A DNA stretch of 64,000 nucleotides, from the NCBI GenBank assembly GCA_943332615.1, contig CALQQB010000015.1, positions 3,238 through 67,237 of the forward strand, written 5' to 3'. This document shows positions 1 to 9,331 of this stretch, piece by piece (position 1 is the stretch's first letter; each line of letters begins with the position of its first letter). A model generated the notes under the pieces. That model was given only the letters and a program-made list of their open reading frames with translations. It was not told where the DNA came from and did not search any database. The stretch is from Phenylobacterium deserti (GTDB lineage Bacteria; Pseudomonadota; Alphaproteobacteria; Caulobacterales; Caulobacteraceae). The translations under genes and the position numbers were made by a program.

Positions 1-122
1 ATCGCGTCATTGAAGCGGGCCCATCCAGGCCTTGAACCATGAAGTCGGAGCGAGGTGATCGCTACGCTTGACGAATGAGGATGGGCTCACCTCAATGACG
101 CGATATCACCGAAACCACTTCG

Positions 123-620
123 CTAGCCCTGCGAGCTCACATACGGGCTGACCAGGCCCAGCGGCGCCGCGGTGGTGTTCTTCACTGAGCGGATGACGAT
201 GCGGCTCTCGATGTTGGAGACCAGGCCGAGCGAGAGGATCTTCTCGCGCAGGAAGTCGTCGAAGGCGTGCATGTCGCGGGTGACAATGCGCAGCTCATAG
301 TCGGCCGAGCCGGTGACCGTGGCGCACTGCACCACCTCCGCCAGCTTGGTGATCGCCGTCTCGAAGGCGTCGAGGTTGTCCTTGGTCGGCAGGCTGAGCT
401 TGACGGTGCAATAGACCTCGAAGCTCAGGCCCAGCTTGTCGCGGTCCAGGATGGTGACGCGGCGCTGGATCACGCCCGCATCCTCCAGGCGTTTGATGCG
501 GCGCCAGCAGGGGCTGGACGACAGTCCCACCCGTTCGGCGATCTCGGCCACGGACAACCCGGCGTCGTGCTGGATCAGATCCAGAATCTTGGCATCGACG
601 GCGTCGAGCACCTCGGACAA
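123..620 (-). CDS. Lrp/AsnC family transcriptional regulator
   Basis: 165-aa ORF. N-terminal winged HTH (LSVAEIAERVGLSSSPCWRRIKRLEDAGVI) plus C-terminal AsnC-type ligand domain. Divergent from the ior-like gene. Confidence 0.9.
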   Translation of the reverse strand: MSEVLDAVDAKILDLIQHDAGLSVAEIAERVGLSSSPCWRRIKRLEDAGVIQRRVTILDRDKLGLSFEVYCTVKLSLPTKDNLDAFETAITKLAEVVQCATVTGSADYELRIVTRDMHAFDDFLREKILSLGLVSNIESRIVIRSVKNTTAAPLGLVSPYVSSQG

Positions 621-762
621 TATTTCCTCCTGTAAACGGCGTCAGAGCATATGGTTCTTGCCCCGGAACCGCAGCGCCGGGGCATGCTTTTAGCAAGCAT
701 TTCCGGCGGCCTTATATGATCTTGCAGGCGGCATGGGGAGACCCGAAGGGAAAAAAATTGCG

Positions 763-3700
763 ATGCGCCGCCAGGAAGTGACGCTCGACGACAAGTTTCT
801 GCTCACGGACGGTCGGGTGTTCATCACCGGCGTCCAGGCGCTGCTGCGAGTTCTGATCGATCAGCACCGCCTGGATGAGGCCGCCGGGCTGAAGACGGCA
901 GGCTTCGTTTCGGGCTATCGCGGCTCGCCCCTGGGCGGGCTGGACCAGCAGGCCGGGCGGGCGGGCAAGTTCCTGAATGCCGCCGACGTGGTCTTCAAGG
1001 AGGGCCTCAACGAGGACCTCGCGGCAACCGCCGTCTGGGGGAGCCAGCAGGCGAACCTGTTCCCCGGCGCCCGCTACGATGGGGTCTATGGCATGTGGTA
1101 CGGCAAGGCGCCGGGGGTTGATCGCACCGGGGACGCCTTCAAGCACGCCAACTTCGCCGGTATCTGGCCCAAGGGCGGGGTGCTGGCGGTGGCCGGCGAC
1201 GACCACACCTGCAAGTCCTCCACCCTGCCGTCGCAGTCGGAATACGCCTTCCAGGATTTCGAGATGCCGGTGCTGTCGCCGGCCGACGTGCAGGAGGTGC
1301 TGGACTACGGCCTGCTGGGCTATGCGCTTTCCCGGTTTTCCGGCCTGTGGGTCGGGATGATCGCGCTCGCCGATACGATGGACAGCGGGGCTACGATCGA
1401 TGTCTCGCTCGGCCGGCACCAGTTCGTGACCCCGGAGAATTTCCGCATCCCGGCCGGCGGCCTCGGCATCCGGCTCAAGGACCAGCCGCTCGACAAGGAA
1501 CGGCGGCTGCGGACCCAGAAGATTCCCGCCGCCCTGGCCTTCGCCCGCGCCAACCGTATCGACCGGATCATGCTGGGTAGCGCGCGGCCCAGGCTCGGCA
1601 TCGCCTGCCAGGGCCAGGCCTACAAGGATGTCGTCGAGGCCCTCGCCGCCATGGGCATCAGCCAGGATGAAGCGGCCTCGCTGGGCGTCGCCATCTACAA
1701 GGTCGGCATGCCGTGGCCGCTTGAGCCGATCGGCCTGCGCGCCTTCGCCGCCGGGCTCGAGACGCTGATGGTGGTGGAGCACAAGCGGCCGTTGATCGAG
1801 AATCAGGCCCGCGCCGCGCTCTACGACCTGCCCGCCCACGCGCGGCCCCGGATCATCGGCAAGACCGACGAGCACGGCCAGCCGCTGCTGTCCGAACTGG
1901 TCTCGCTTTCGGTGGCGGAGATCGCCCTGGCCATCGCCGACCGTCTGCCAGCCGGCGGCCACATGGACCGGGTCTACGACTATCTGAACCGGGTCTCGGC
2001 CGCCTCGATGGCCGCCGTCACGCTGTCGGCCGACCAGCAGCGCAAACCGTTCTTCTGCTCGGGCTGCCCGCACAATTCCTCGACCCGCCTGCCGGAAGGC
2101 TCCCGCGCCCTGGCCGGCATCGGCTGCCACTACATGGCCAGCTTCAACGACCCCTCCACCGACCTGAACAGCCACATGGGCGGCGAGGGCCTGAGCTGGG
2201 TCGGGGCGTCGCCCTTCACCGACGAGAAGCACGTCTTCGTCAATCTGGGAGACGGCACCTACAACCACTCCGGCTCGCTGGCGATCCGCGCCGCCGTCGC
2301 GGCCGGCGCCAACATGACCTACAAGCTGCTGTTCAACGACGCGGTCGCCATGACCGGCGGGCAAGCGGCCGAAAGCGGCTTCACCGTCCCGCAGATTACC
2401 CGGCAATTGGCAGCTGAAGGGGTGACGCGGACCGTGGTCGTGGCCGCCGAGCCCGAGCGCTACCAGACGATTACCGACCTGGCGCCGGGTGTGGAGGTGC
2501 ATCCGCGCATCGAGCTGATGAAGGTGCAGCGCCAGCTGCGCGACATCCCCGGCGTGACGGTGCTGATCTACGATCAGGTCTGCGCCACCGAGAAGCGCCG
2601 GCGGCGCAAGCGCGGCAAGATGCAGGCCGCGCCCCGGCGGGTGATGATCAACCCGCTGGTCTGCGAAGGCTGCGGTGACTGCTCCAAGGCGTCCAACTGC
2701 GTCTCCGTCGAGCCGCTGAACACCGAGTTTGGCCGCAAGCGGAAGATCAACCAGTCGACCTGCAACCAGGACTATTCCTGCCTGGACGGCTTCTGCCCCA
2801 GCTTCATCACCCTGGAAGGCACCGAGAACGCGCACCGCGAGGCGATGCCGGCGCTGACCGCCGACAGTGTGCCCCTGCCGAAGTTCGAGGTGCTTCACGG
2901 CGTCCGCAACATCGTCTTCACCGGCGTCGGCGGCACGGGCGTGACGACGGTGGCCTCCATCCTGGCCATGGCCGCCCACGTGGACGGTCGCTCCGGCTCG
3001 GTGGTCGACATGACGGGTCTGGCGCAGAAGGGCGGGGCGGTGTTCAGCCACGTGCGCATCGGCGAGACCGAGACCACGGTAATCGGCGGCCGCGTGCCGG
3101 CCGCCAGCGCTCATGTACTGATCGCCTGCGACCTGCTGTCGGCCGCTGGCGCCGACGCGCTCTCGCTCTACGCCAAGGACCGAACGGTCGCCGTCGGCAA
3201 CGCCGACTTCGCGCCCACCGCGGACTTTGTCACGGACCGTGACGTCCGTTTCGACGCCGACGAGCAGGGCAGGCGGATCGCCGCGGCGACCAAATCCTAT
3301 GATGCCGCGCCGGCCAGCCATCTGGCGGAGAGCCAGCTGGGTGACGCGATCTACGCCAACATGATCATGCTGGGCTTCGCCTGGCAGAAGGGTGTGATCC
3401 CGGTTTCCAGCGAGGCGCTTTACCGCGCGATCCGGCTGAACGGCGTCGAGGCCGAGGCCAACCTCCAGGCTTTCGAACTGGGCCGCAAGTCAGCATTCGA
3501 CCCGGCTGCGCGCGGGCCACGTGAAGACGACGTTCCGACCCCCGAGACCATGCCGCTGGACGACCTGATCGCCAAGCGGGCCGCCGAACTCACCGCCTAC
3601 CAGGACGCCGCCTATGCGCGCCGCTACCTGGACCGGGTGGAGCGGGTGCGGGCCGCCGAGGCGCCGCTGGACCACGCCGATCTCACCCGCGCCGTGGCGG

Positions 3701-4203
3701 TCAATCTCTACAAGCTGATGGCCTACAAGGACGAGTACGAGGTGGCCCGGCTCTACAGCGACGGCCGCTTCGTCGCCTACCGGGCCGAGACGTTCAAGGG
3801 CGGCAAGGCCAAGGTGTGGCTGGCCCCGCCGCTGCTGGCGCCCAAGGGCCCGGACGGCAAGCCGCGGAAGATGGCGTTCTCGCCCTGGATGCTGGACCTG
3901 GCTTTCCCGACCCTGGCGAAGCTCAAGGGCCTGCGCGGCTCCCCCCTCGACCCCTTCGGCCACACCGCCGAGCGGAAGATGGAGCGCGGCCTGGTCACCG
4001 CCTACGAGGCCGATGTGGAGCGCATCCTGGCCGGGCTCGACAAAGCCCATCATCACCTGGCCGTGAAGCTCGCCGAGGTCCCGCAACAGATCCGCGGCTT
4101 CGGCCACATCAAGGAGGCCTCGGTGGGCCCGGCGAAGGCCGAGGCCCTGCGGCTGTGGCGCGAGTGGGAGAAGGTGGGCGCGAAGGCGCTGGTGACCGCC
4201 TAA
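763..4203 (+). CDS. indolepyruvate ferredoxin oxidoreductase family protein (fused alpha/beta form)
   Basis: ORF open from 733 (1156 aa). ThDP-type motif GDGTYNHSG and ferredoxin-like Cys clusters CEGCGDCSKASNC and CNQDYSCLDGFCPSF. ATG 763 is preferred because GAAGGGA lies about 11 nt upstream; 733 is also possible. Confidence 0.9.
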   Translation: MRRQEVTLDDKFLLTDGRVFITGVQALLRVLIDQHRLDEAAGLKTAGFVSGYRGSPLGGLDQQAGRAGKFLNAADVVFKEGLNEDLAATAVWGSQQANLFPGARYDGVYGMWYGKAPGVDRTGDAFKHANFAGIWPKGGVLAVAGDDHTCKSSTLPSQSEYAFQDFEMPVLSPADVQEVLDYGLLGYALSRFSGLWVGMIALADTMDSGATIDVSLGRHQFVTPENFRIPAGGLGIRLKDQPLDKERRLRTQKIPAALAFARANRIDRIMLGSARPRLGIACQGQAYKDVVEALAAMGISQDEAASLGVAIYKVGMPWPLEPIGLRAFAAGLETLMVVEHKRPLIENQARAALYDLPAHARPRIIGKTDEHGQPLLSELVSLSVAEIALAIADRLPAGGHMDRVYDYLNRVSAASMAAVTLSADQQRKPFFCSGCPHNSSTRLPEGSRALAGIGCHYMASFNDPSTDLNSHMGGEGLSWVGASPFTDEKHVFVNLGDGTYNHSGSLAIRAAVAAGANMTYKLLFNDAVAMTGGQAAESGFTVPQITRQLAAEGVTRTVVVAAEPERYQTITDLAPGVEVHPRIELMKVQRQLRDIPGVTVLIYDQVCATEKRRRRKRGKMQAAPRRVMINPLVCEGCGDCSKASNCVSVEPLNTEFGRKRKINQSTCNQDYSCLDGFCPSFITLEGTENAHREAMPALTADSVPLPKFEVLHGVRNIVFTGVGGTGVTTVASILAMAAHVDGRSGSVVDMTGLAQKGGAVFSHVRIGETETTVIGGRVPAASAHVLIACDLLSAAGADALSLYAKDRTVAVGNADFAPTADFVTDRDVRFDADEQGRRIAAATKSYDAAPASHLAESQLGDAIYANMIMLGFAWQKGVIPVSSEALYRAIRLNGVEAEANLQAFELGRKSAFDPAARGPREDDVPTPETMPLDDLIAKRAAELTAYQDAAYARRYLDRVERVRAAEAPLDHADLTRAVAVNLYKLMAYKDEYEVARLYSDGRFVAYRAETFKGGKAKVWLAPPLLAPKGPDGKPRKMAFSPWMLDLAFPTLAKLKGLRGSPLDPFGHTAERKMERGLVTAYEADVERILAGLDKAHHHLAVKLAEVPQQIRGFGHIKEASVGPAKAEALRLWREWEKVGAKALVTA

Positions 4204-4526
4204 CCCGGGGGACGCTCAGAAGAAGTCGCTGGGCCCCACTTGGAAGCCGGCGCGTGCGGGCGGAGTGTGGCCGCGGCCGGTGCGCCATGCCGACCGGCCT
4301 TCCGGGTCTTGGGCGATCAGCGCGCCGCCCGTGTAGAGCCCGCTCCTGTCGTCCGCAGGCGTCGATCGCGGCGCCGCCATCGCCTGCCACCAGGGTAAGC
4401 GGCTTGCCACCCCGGGACCGGTCCGAAGACGGGCGACCTCGATAGCTCCATCGCTCTGGTCCCCCTGGCGTTTCTGCCCGCCACGGGGTTCGCGCCGCAA
4501 CACTATGGCTTCAACCTCTGGCCGCG

Positions 4527-5258
4527 CTAATCCCCCGCCAGCCGTCCCCACCCGATCGCTCGAACCCGCTGGGTCCCCAGCACCCCTGCGAGCGGCGGCC
4601 GCACGAACATCCCGGCGAACGCCCGCTCCAGCACGTTCAGCCCCCCGGCATAGGCTCCGAACGCCGGCAGGATCACCCGCTCGCCGTCGGTGATGAAACA
4701 GCGCCGGCGCACGGTCCCGCGCGGCGCCACCACTCGCGCCGCCGGGTGCAGATGGCCCGCGACCTCGCCAAGTTGCGCGCCGGCCTGCGGCTCGTGGCGC
4801 AGGGTCAGGCCGGCCAGGGTCAACTCGTCGGCGACCTCGCCCGGCAGGGCGCGGGGGCCGTCGGCGTCGTGGTTGCCGATCACCCAGACCAGCCGGCGGC
4901 CTGCCGCAAGCTCGCGCAGCCGCTCGGCGTCGTCGCCGGCCAGCCGGTCCTCGCTGCGTCGGTCATGGAAGGTGTCGCCGAGCAGGACCACTGTCGCCGG
5001 CGCCAGCGCTGTGATCTCTTCGTCCAGCCGTCGCAAGGTCTCGCGGGTGTCGTACGGCGGCAGCATCTGGCCGCGTGACGCGTAGGCCGAGCCCTTCTCC
5101 AGGTGCAGGTCGGCGACCAGCAGCGCGCCCTCGTCCGGCAGCCAAAGGGCCCCGGAGCACCGCATCACCACTGGGACCCCGCGGACGCTCGTCGCCAGCC
5201 CGCCGCAGTCGCTCGCGGCGAACCTATAGGCGGGCGGGGTGGGGGCTATCGCGTTCAC
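4527..5258 (-). CDS. pdeM: ligase-associated DNA damage response metallophosphoesterase (PdeM-like)
   Basis: Calcineurin-like phosphoesterase motifs ADLHLEKG, LGDTFHD, GNHD, GHLHP. GTG start at 5256-5258 overlaps the helicase stop (GTGA). The longer 316-aa ORF to 5477 would run antisense-free into the helicase gene and looks like a high-GC artefact. Confidence 0.8.
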   Translation of the reverse strand: MNAIAPTPPAYRFAASDCGGLATSVRGVPVVMRCSGALWLPDEGALLVADLHLEKGSAYASRGQMLPPYDTRETLRRLDEEITALAPATVVLLGDTFHDRRSEDRLAGDDAERLRELAAGRRLVWVIGNHDADGPRALPGEVADELTLAGLTLRHEPQAGAQLGEVAGHLHPAARVVAPRGTVRRRCFITDGERVILPAFGAYAGGLNVLERAFAGMFVRPPLAGVLGTQRVRAIGWGRLAGD

Positions 5259-7900
5259 TGGGTGGCCTCTGCGATCAGCTCGTCTTCCGCTTCGGCCAGG
5301 ATGCGCTCGCGCGCGTCGCCGGGTGAGCGTTCCTTGCCGATCTCGAGCAGGATCGGCACTGAGAACGGCGATAGATGCTCGAGCTGAGAATGCCGGATTC
5401 GCCCCTTGATGCGCGCCAGCATGTCGCCCAGCCGCGCCACGTCCACCAGGCCTGTCGCCGCATCCGCCCGCGCGCACTTCAGCAGGATGTGATCTGGCTG
5501 GTGTCGGCGCAGCACGTCGTAGATCAGGTCGGTGGAGAACGTGATCTGCCGGCCGGTCTTCTGTTCCTGTCCCGGGAACCGCTTCTCGATAAGGCCCGAG
5601 ATGATCGCGCAGCTCTTGAAGGCCCGCTTCATCATGAAGCTCTCGGAGAGCCAGGCTTCCAGGTCGTCACCCAGCATGTCCTCGGCGAACAGGGCGTCGA
5701 GATCGAGCCCCGCCATCGGTTCCAGCGACCAGATCGCCAAGGCGTAGTCGTTGCAGACGAACCCCAGCGGCCCGGCGCCCAAGCGTTCCAGGCGCCGCGT
5801 CAGCAGCATGGCCAGGGTGGTGTGGGCGAGCCGTCCTTCGAACGGGTAGCAGACCATGAAGTTTCGCTGGCCCTTGGGAAACGTCTCCAGCAGCAACTCG
5901 TCTTCGCCGACGATCAGCGACCTGTCCTTCTGCATCTCCAGCCATTCGCGAACGTCGGCCGGCAGCACCGTCCAGTGCGCCTCGTCGAACATCAGCTGGC
6001 GCACGCGCTTGGCCAGGTAGGTGGAGAGCGCGAACTTCGACGACCCCCAGGACGGCATCTTGGGGTCCTTGCCGGTGGCCGGGCTGACCAGCACGTCCAT
6101 GTTGGTGATGCCCACCAGGGCCCAGACCTGGCCGGCGAAGATGAAGGTGTCGCCGGGATCGAGCATCTCCAGCATGCCCTCCTCGATCTCGCCGATCTTG
6201 CGGCCACCCCGTCTTGCTGAATTGGCCCCCCCCCGCATGGCGATCCGCACCGACAGCATGGCCGGCGACACGATCGCGCCCACGTTCAGCCGATGCCTCT
6301 GCGCCACGTTCAGGTCCCGCACCTTCCAGCGTCCATCGGGTAGCCTGACGATGCGTCGGAATCGGTCGTAGGTTTTCAGCGCGTAACCGCCGGTGGAGAC
6401 GAATTCGACGACCGCCTCGAAGTCCTCCCAGGTCAGGTCGCGGTAGGGGCCGGCGGAGCGGACCTCGTCGTAGAGTTCCAGCAGGTCGAAGGGTTCGGAG
6501 CAGGCGCAGCCCATGACGTGCTGGGCCAGGACATCCAGGGCGCCGACTCGTGGCGGATCGCCGTCGAGCCGGTTCTCGGCGATGGCCTCGCGGGCGGCCT
6601 GGCACTCCAGCATTTCGAACCTGTTTGCCGGGACGAAGAGCGCGCGGGACGGCTCGTCCAAGCGATGGTTGGCGCGGCCGATCCGCTGCACCATCCGCGA
6701 CGCGCCCTTGGGACTGGCCAGTTGGATCACCAGGTCCACGTCGCCCCAGTCGATGCCGAGGTCGAGGGTGGAGGTGCAGACCACGGCGCGCAGTTCGCCC
6801 CGCGCCATCGCCGCCTCCACCTTGCGCCGCTGCTCGGCCGCCAGGCTGCCGTGGTGCAGCGCGATCGGCAGGCTGTCGTCGTTCAGCTTCCACAGCTCCT
6901 GGAACGCGAACTCGGCCTGGAAGCGGGTGTTGACGAAGACCAGCGCGATGCGGGCCTTGCGGATGACGTCATAGACCTCCTGCATCGCGTGCTGGGCGGT
7001 GTGGCCGGACCACGGGACCCGGCCCTCTGATAGCAGGACATCGACGATGGGCTGCGCGCCGGCCGGGCCGCGGACGAGGTCGATGGAATGGGGGCCGTGC
7101 CGCCGCGACGCCCCCTCCACCACTTCGTGGTCCCCCTCCCCCGCTCGCGAGGGAGGAACTGAAGCTCCGATGTCGATGCCAGGTTCCTCCCCCGGTTCAA
7201 CGGGGGAGGGGGACCACGACGTGGTGGAGGGCGCGCTGACAATATCGAGGCGATGCGACGCCATCCAATTCTTGATCACCTCCGGATCGTCCACCGTCGC
7301 GCTCAGCCCCACTCGCCGCATCGCGGGCGCCAGGATCTGCAGTCGCGCCAGGTCCAGCGCCAGCAGGTCGCCGCGCTTGGACGCATGCAGGGTGTGGATC
7401 TCGTCCAGGATCACGCAGCGCAGGTCTTCGAAGTAGAGCCGCGCCCCCTCCCACGCGCACAGCAGCGCCAGCTGTTCCGGCGTGGTCAGCAGGATGTCCG
7501 GCGGCTTCACCCGTTGGCGCTGGCGGCGCGCGAGGCCGGTGTCGCCGGTGCGGCTCTCGGCCACGATCGAAAGGCCCATGTCAGCGATCGGCGCGCCCAG
7601 GTTCCGCTCCACATCCACGGCCAGCGCCTTGAGCGGCGAGATGTAGAGGGTGTGCAATCCCCTAGGGACATTGGCCGGCGGGCGTTCCGACAGCTCGATC
7701 AGGCTGGGCAGGAAACCCGCCAGCGTCTTGCCTCCGCCGGTGGGCGCGATCAGCAGGGCGTCGCGGCTGGCGCGGGCCTTGGCCACCATCTCCAGCTGGT
7801 GTGAACGCGCCGCCCAGCCCCGCCCCGCGAACCACTTGGCGAACCGGGGCGGCAACAGATCGGCGGCGGATGCTTGAAGGGTGTGGGCGGCGGTTGCCAT
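5255..7900 (-). CDS. ligase-associated DNA damage response DEXH-box helicase (Lhr-like)
   Basis: 881-aa ORF. Walker A APTGGGKTLAGF, DEIH box (ILDEIH), SAT (LSATV), domain 2 VFVNTR...GRANH, and a long Lhr-type C-terminal region. Confidence 0.9.
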   Translation of the reverse strand: MATAAHTLQASAADLLPPRFAKWFAGRGWAARSHQLEMVAKARASRDALLIAPTGGGKTLAGFLPSLIELSERPPANVPRGLHTLYISPLKALAVDVERNLGAPIADMGLSIVAESRTGDTGLARRQRQRVKPPDILLTTPEQLALLCAWEGARLYFEDLRCVILDEIHTLHASKRGDLLALDLARLQILAPAMRRVGLSATVDDPEVIKNWMASHRLDIVSAPSTTSWSPSPVEPGEEPGIDIGASVPPSRAGEGDHEVVEGASRRHGPHSIDLVRGPAGAQPIVDVLLSEGRVPWSGHTAQHAMQEVYDVIRKARIALVFVNTRFQAEFAFQELWKLNDDSLPIALHHGSLAAEQRRKVEAAMARGELRAVVCTSTLDLGIDWGDVDLVIQLASPKGASRMVQRIGRANHRLDEPSRALFVPANRFEMLECQAAREAIAENRLDGDPPRVGALDVLAQHVMGCACSEPFDLLELYDEVRSAGPYRDLTWEDFEAVVEFVSTGGYALKTYDRFRRIVRLPDGRWKVRDLNVAQRHRLNVGAIVSPAMLSVRIAMRGGANSARRGGRKIGEIEEGMLEMLDPGDTFIFAGQVWALVGITNMDVLVSPATGKDPKMPSWGSSKFALSTYLAKRVRQLMFDEAHWTVLPADVREWLEMQKDRSLIVGEDELLLETFPKGQRNFMVCYPFEGRLAHTTLAMLLTRRLERLGAGPLGFVCNDYALAIWSLEPMAGLDLDALFAEDMLGDDLEAWLSESFMMKRAFKSCAIISGLIEKRFPGQEQKTGRQITFSTDLIYDVLRRHQPDHILLKCARADAATGLVDVARLGDMLARIKGRIRHSQLEHLSPFSVPILLEIGKERSPGDARERILAEAEDELIAEATQ
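7113..7231. repeat. MITE-like palindromic element inside the helicase CDS
   Basis: 31-nt arms at 7113-7143 and 7201-7231 are reverse complements with one mismatch. An inner 9-bp inverted repeat is GGGAGGAAC 7151-7159 / GTTCCTCCC 7183-7191. The helicase frame stays open. Confidence 0.8.
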
Positions 7901-7916
7901 CGCTCGCCTATATCAC

Positions 7917-7931
7917 GTTCCTGTTCCGTTT
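7917..7931 (-). promoter_or_regulatory. imperfect SOS-box-like direct repeat (GTTC-N7-GTTT)
   Basis: GTTCCTGTTCCGTTT lies 17-31 nt upstream of the helicase ATG. It has one mismatch to the alphaproteobacterial LexA motif GTTC-N7-GTTC. Confidence 0.2.
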
Positions 7932-8061
7932 CGTCCGTCGCGTCGCCCGGGTTGTCTGCAATCAAGAGGGGTGTATGCGGGCGCTTCGCGAGATGATTGA
8001 CTTCTGAACCTGAGTAGAACACCGTTATTTTGGTAGGGCGATGTGGATGCGGGGGCTTACC

Positions 8062-8403
8062 ATGCGGCAGGTCGGGCGACGGGCGCGGAGCGCAAGTCTT
8101 GCCGCCGCGCTGCTCGGGTTGACCGGCTGCGTTTCTCTGGACGACGCCAGCGCTCCGGGTGACCGCTGGGTTCTGGGCCTTGTGCATCAGAAGGTGGCCA
8201 GGCCGGACGCCGCAGGCAGCCGCATGGTCTCCGTCACGACGGTCGGCCTCGCCCTGGCCGCCGGCGCCGCCTCGGGCGTCACCCTCGGCTATAACAAGGA
8301 CGTCGTGCTGAAGCTCGGCAAGAACGCCTGCGTGGACATCAAGGCTGTCGGGGTTTGCCGGGAACTGGCCGCCGCATCCGATCTGAAAGTAGGGGGACCA
8401 TGA
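8062..8403 (+). CDS. hypothetical lipoprotein
   Basis: Signal peptide with lipobox (MRQVGRRARSASLAAALLGLTGC). The stop TGA overlaps the ATG of the next gene (ATGA at 8400-8403). No family recognised. Confidence 0.6.
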   Translation: MRQVGRRARSASLAAALLGLTGCVSLDDASAPGDRWVLGLVHQKVARPDAAGSRMVSVTTVGLALAAGAASGVTLGYNKDVVLKLGKNACVDIKAVGVCRELAAASDLKVGGP

Positions 8404-9317
8404 TGAACAGTTGGAAGTTCGCAACCACCCTTTCCGCGTTGCTGGCCCTGTCAGCCTGCACGAGCGACAAGGTGATCTTCGTCACCAGTTCGTCGTTCGG
8501 CATCAACCTCGACACGACGCCGAGCTCTGTTTCGATCGCCTACGATCGGACTGAGGGCTACGCGGCGCCAAGCTACAAGAGCGGAACTCTGCCACCGGTG
8601 ATGGCCTCCATCGAGACGGACGGCACGGCAATCGCGCCCAAGATTCGTCAGGTCTATGCAACCGGCGCCGCTGCGGTGATCGCCGCCGGCGGCCGGGGCG
8701 CCGAACCTTCAGGCATGACCCACCGGACTGGTCGCCTAGCGTTTGTGGGGACCACCACGACGCTCGGGCTGAAGGCTGCCTTCACGGCGGCGGTCCCTGA
8801 GAGCCTCAGCCTCGGCTTCAAGCGCAAGGAGTTCTCTTACATTCCGCTAGGCTGCCAGAATGCCACGGCCGCGGCATGCGCGGAGGACGACCAGGACCTG
8901 TATCCGTCGGTGATCGCTTCTTACGACACCACCATCTCAGTGCCGAGCGGGCCCGGCACTGTGTTCAAGACGCGGCAGTATGTAGCCACCGGCCTCGCAG
9001 CGGAGGCCTTGGCAAAGGTTCCGGAAATTGCGGCCTCATTCGTCAATTTGGGATCGACGGCAGTCGCCGATGCGACAGGTCAGCAGCAGGCCGTCGAACA
9101 TCAAGTTCGCGTCGCCGATCTGGGCACCCACCTCACGAAGGCGGGATCATTCGACCAGGTGGAACTGTCCAGGTTGGTAGACTTGGCGAACACGCGTCGG
9201 CCCAACTCGGTGCCCCAGTACCTGAAACAAGCCCCCACCGTTGACCGCCTCAGATCGAGCCTGAGGGGCAACCCGACGGCCGCAGCAAGCCTTCTCGAGG
9301 TCGTTCGAAACCCCTGA
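8400..9317 (+). CDS. hypothetical lipoprotein
   Basis: MMNSWKFATTLSALLALSAC lipobox; SD AGGGGGA just upstream. Lower GC than the flanks. Shares a hairpin-like motif with the preceding lipoprotein. Confidence 0.7.
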   Translation: MMNSWKFATTLSALLALSACTSDKVIFVTSSSFGINLDTTPSSVSIAYDRTEGYAAPSYKSGTLPPVMASIETDGTAIAPKIRQVYATGAAAVIAAGGRGAEPSGMTHRTGRLAFVGTTTTLGLKAAFTAAVPESLSLGFKRKEFSYIPLGCQNATAAACAEDDQDLYPSVIASYDTTISVPSGPGTVFKTRQYVATGLAAEALAKVPEIAASFVNLGSTAVADATGQQQAVEHQVRVADLGTHLTKAGSFDQVELSRLVDLANTRRPNSVPQYLKQAPTVDRLRSSLRGNPTAAASLLEVVRNP

Positions 9318-9331
9318 CAGGATATCAGGCG

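Noticed and set aside
1-104. 13-bp perfect inverted repeat ATCGCGTCATTGA (1-13) / TCAATGACGCGAT (92-104) downstream of lrp
   Set aside because: It touches the window edge, so the element cannot be delimited. It may be a REP-like unit or a terminator, and there is too little context to call it.
684-700. ATGCTT-N5-AAGCAT palindrome in the lrp/ior divergent region as an Lrp operator
   Set aside because: The arms are only 6 bp. Lrp sites are degenerate and AT-rich, so I cannot distinguish this from chance.
712-3321. 869-aa ORF antisense to the ior-like gene
   Set aside because: It is Gly/Arg/Ala/His-rich with no motifs, and it is fully nested opposite a gene with clear ThDP and ferredoxin motifs. 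This is a typical high-GC shadow ORF.
4216-4551. 111-aa minus-strand ORF (and overlapping frames) between the ior-like gene and pdeM
   Set aside because: GC3 is high. Fragments such as KPLTLVAGDGGAAIDA and GLYTGGALIAQDPEG in different frames hint at a degraded gene. I could not assign a family or a convincing start, so I did not call it.
5255-7900. Large helicase as part of a defence system
   Set aside because: Coupling to a PdeM-type phosphoesterase and the Lhr-like C-terminal region fit the ligase-associated DNA-damage module. No nuclease, methylase or ATPase partners typical of defence islands are adjacent.
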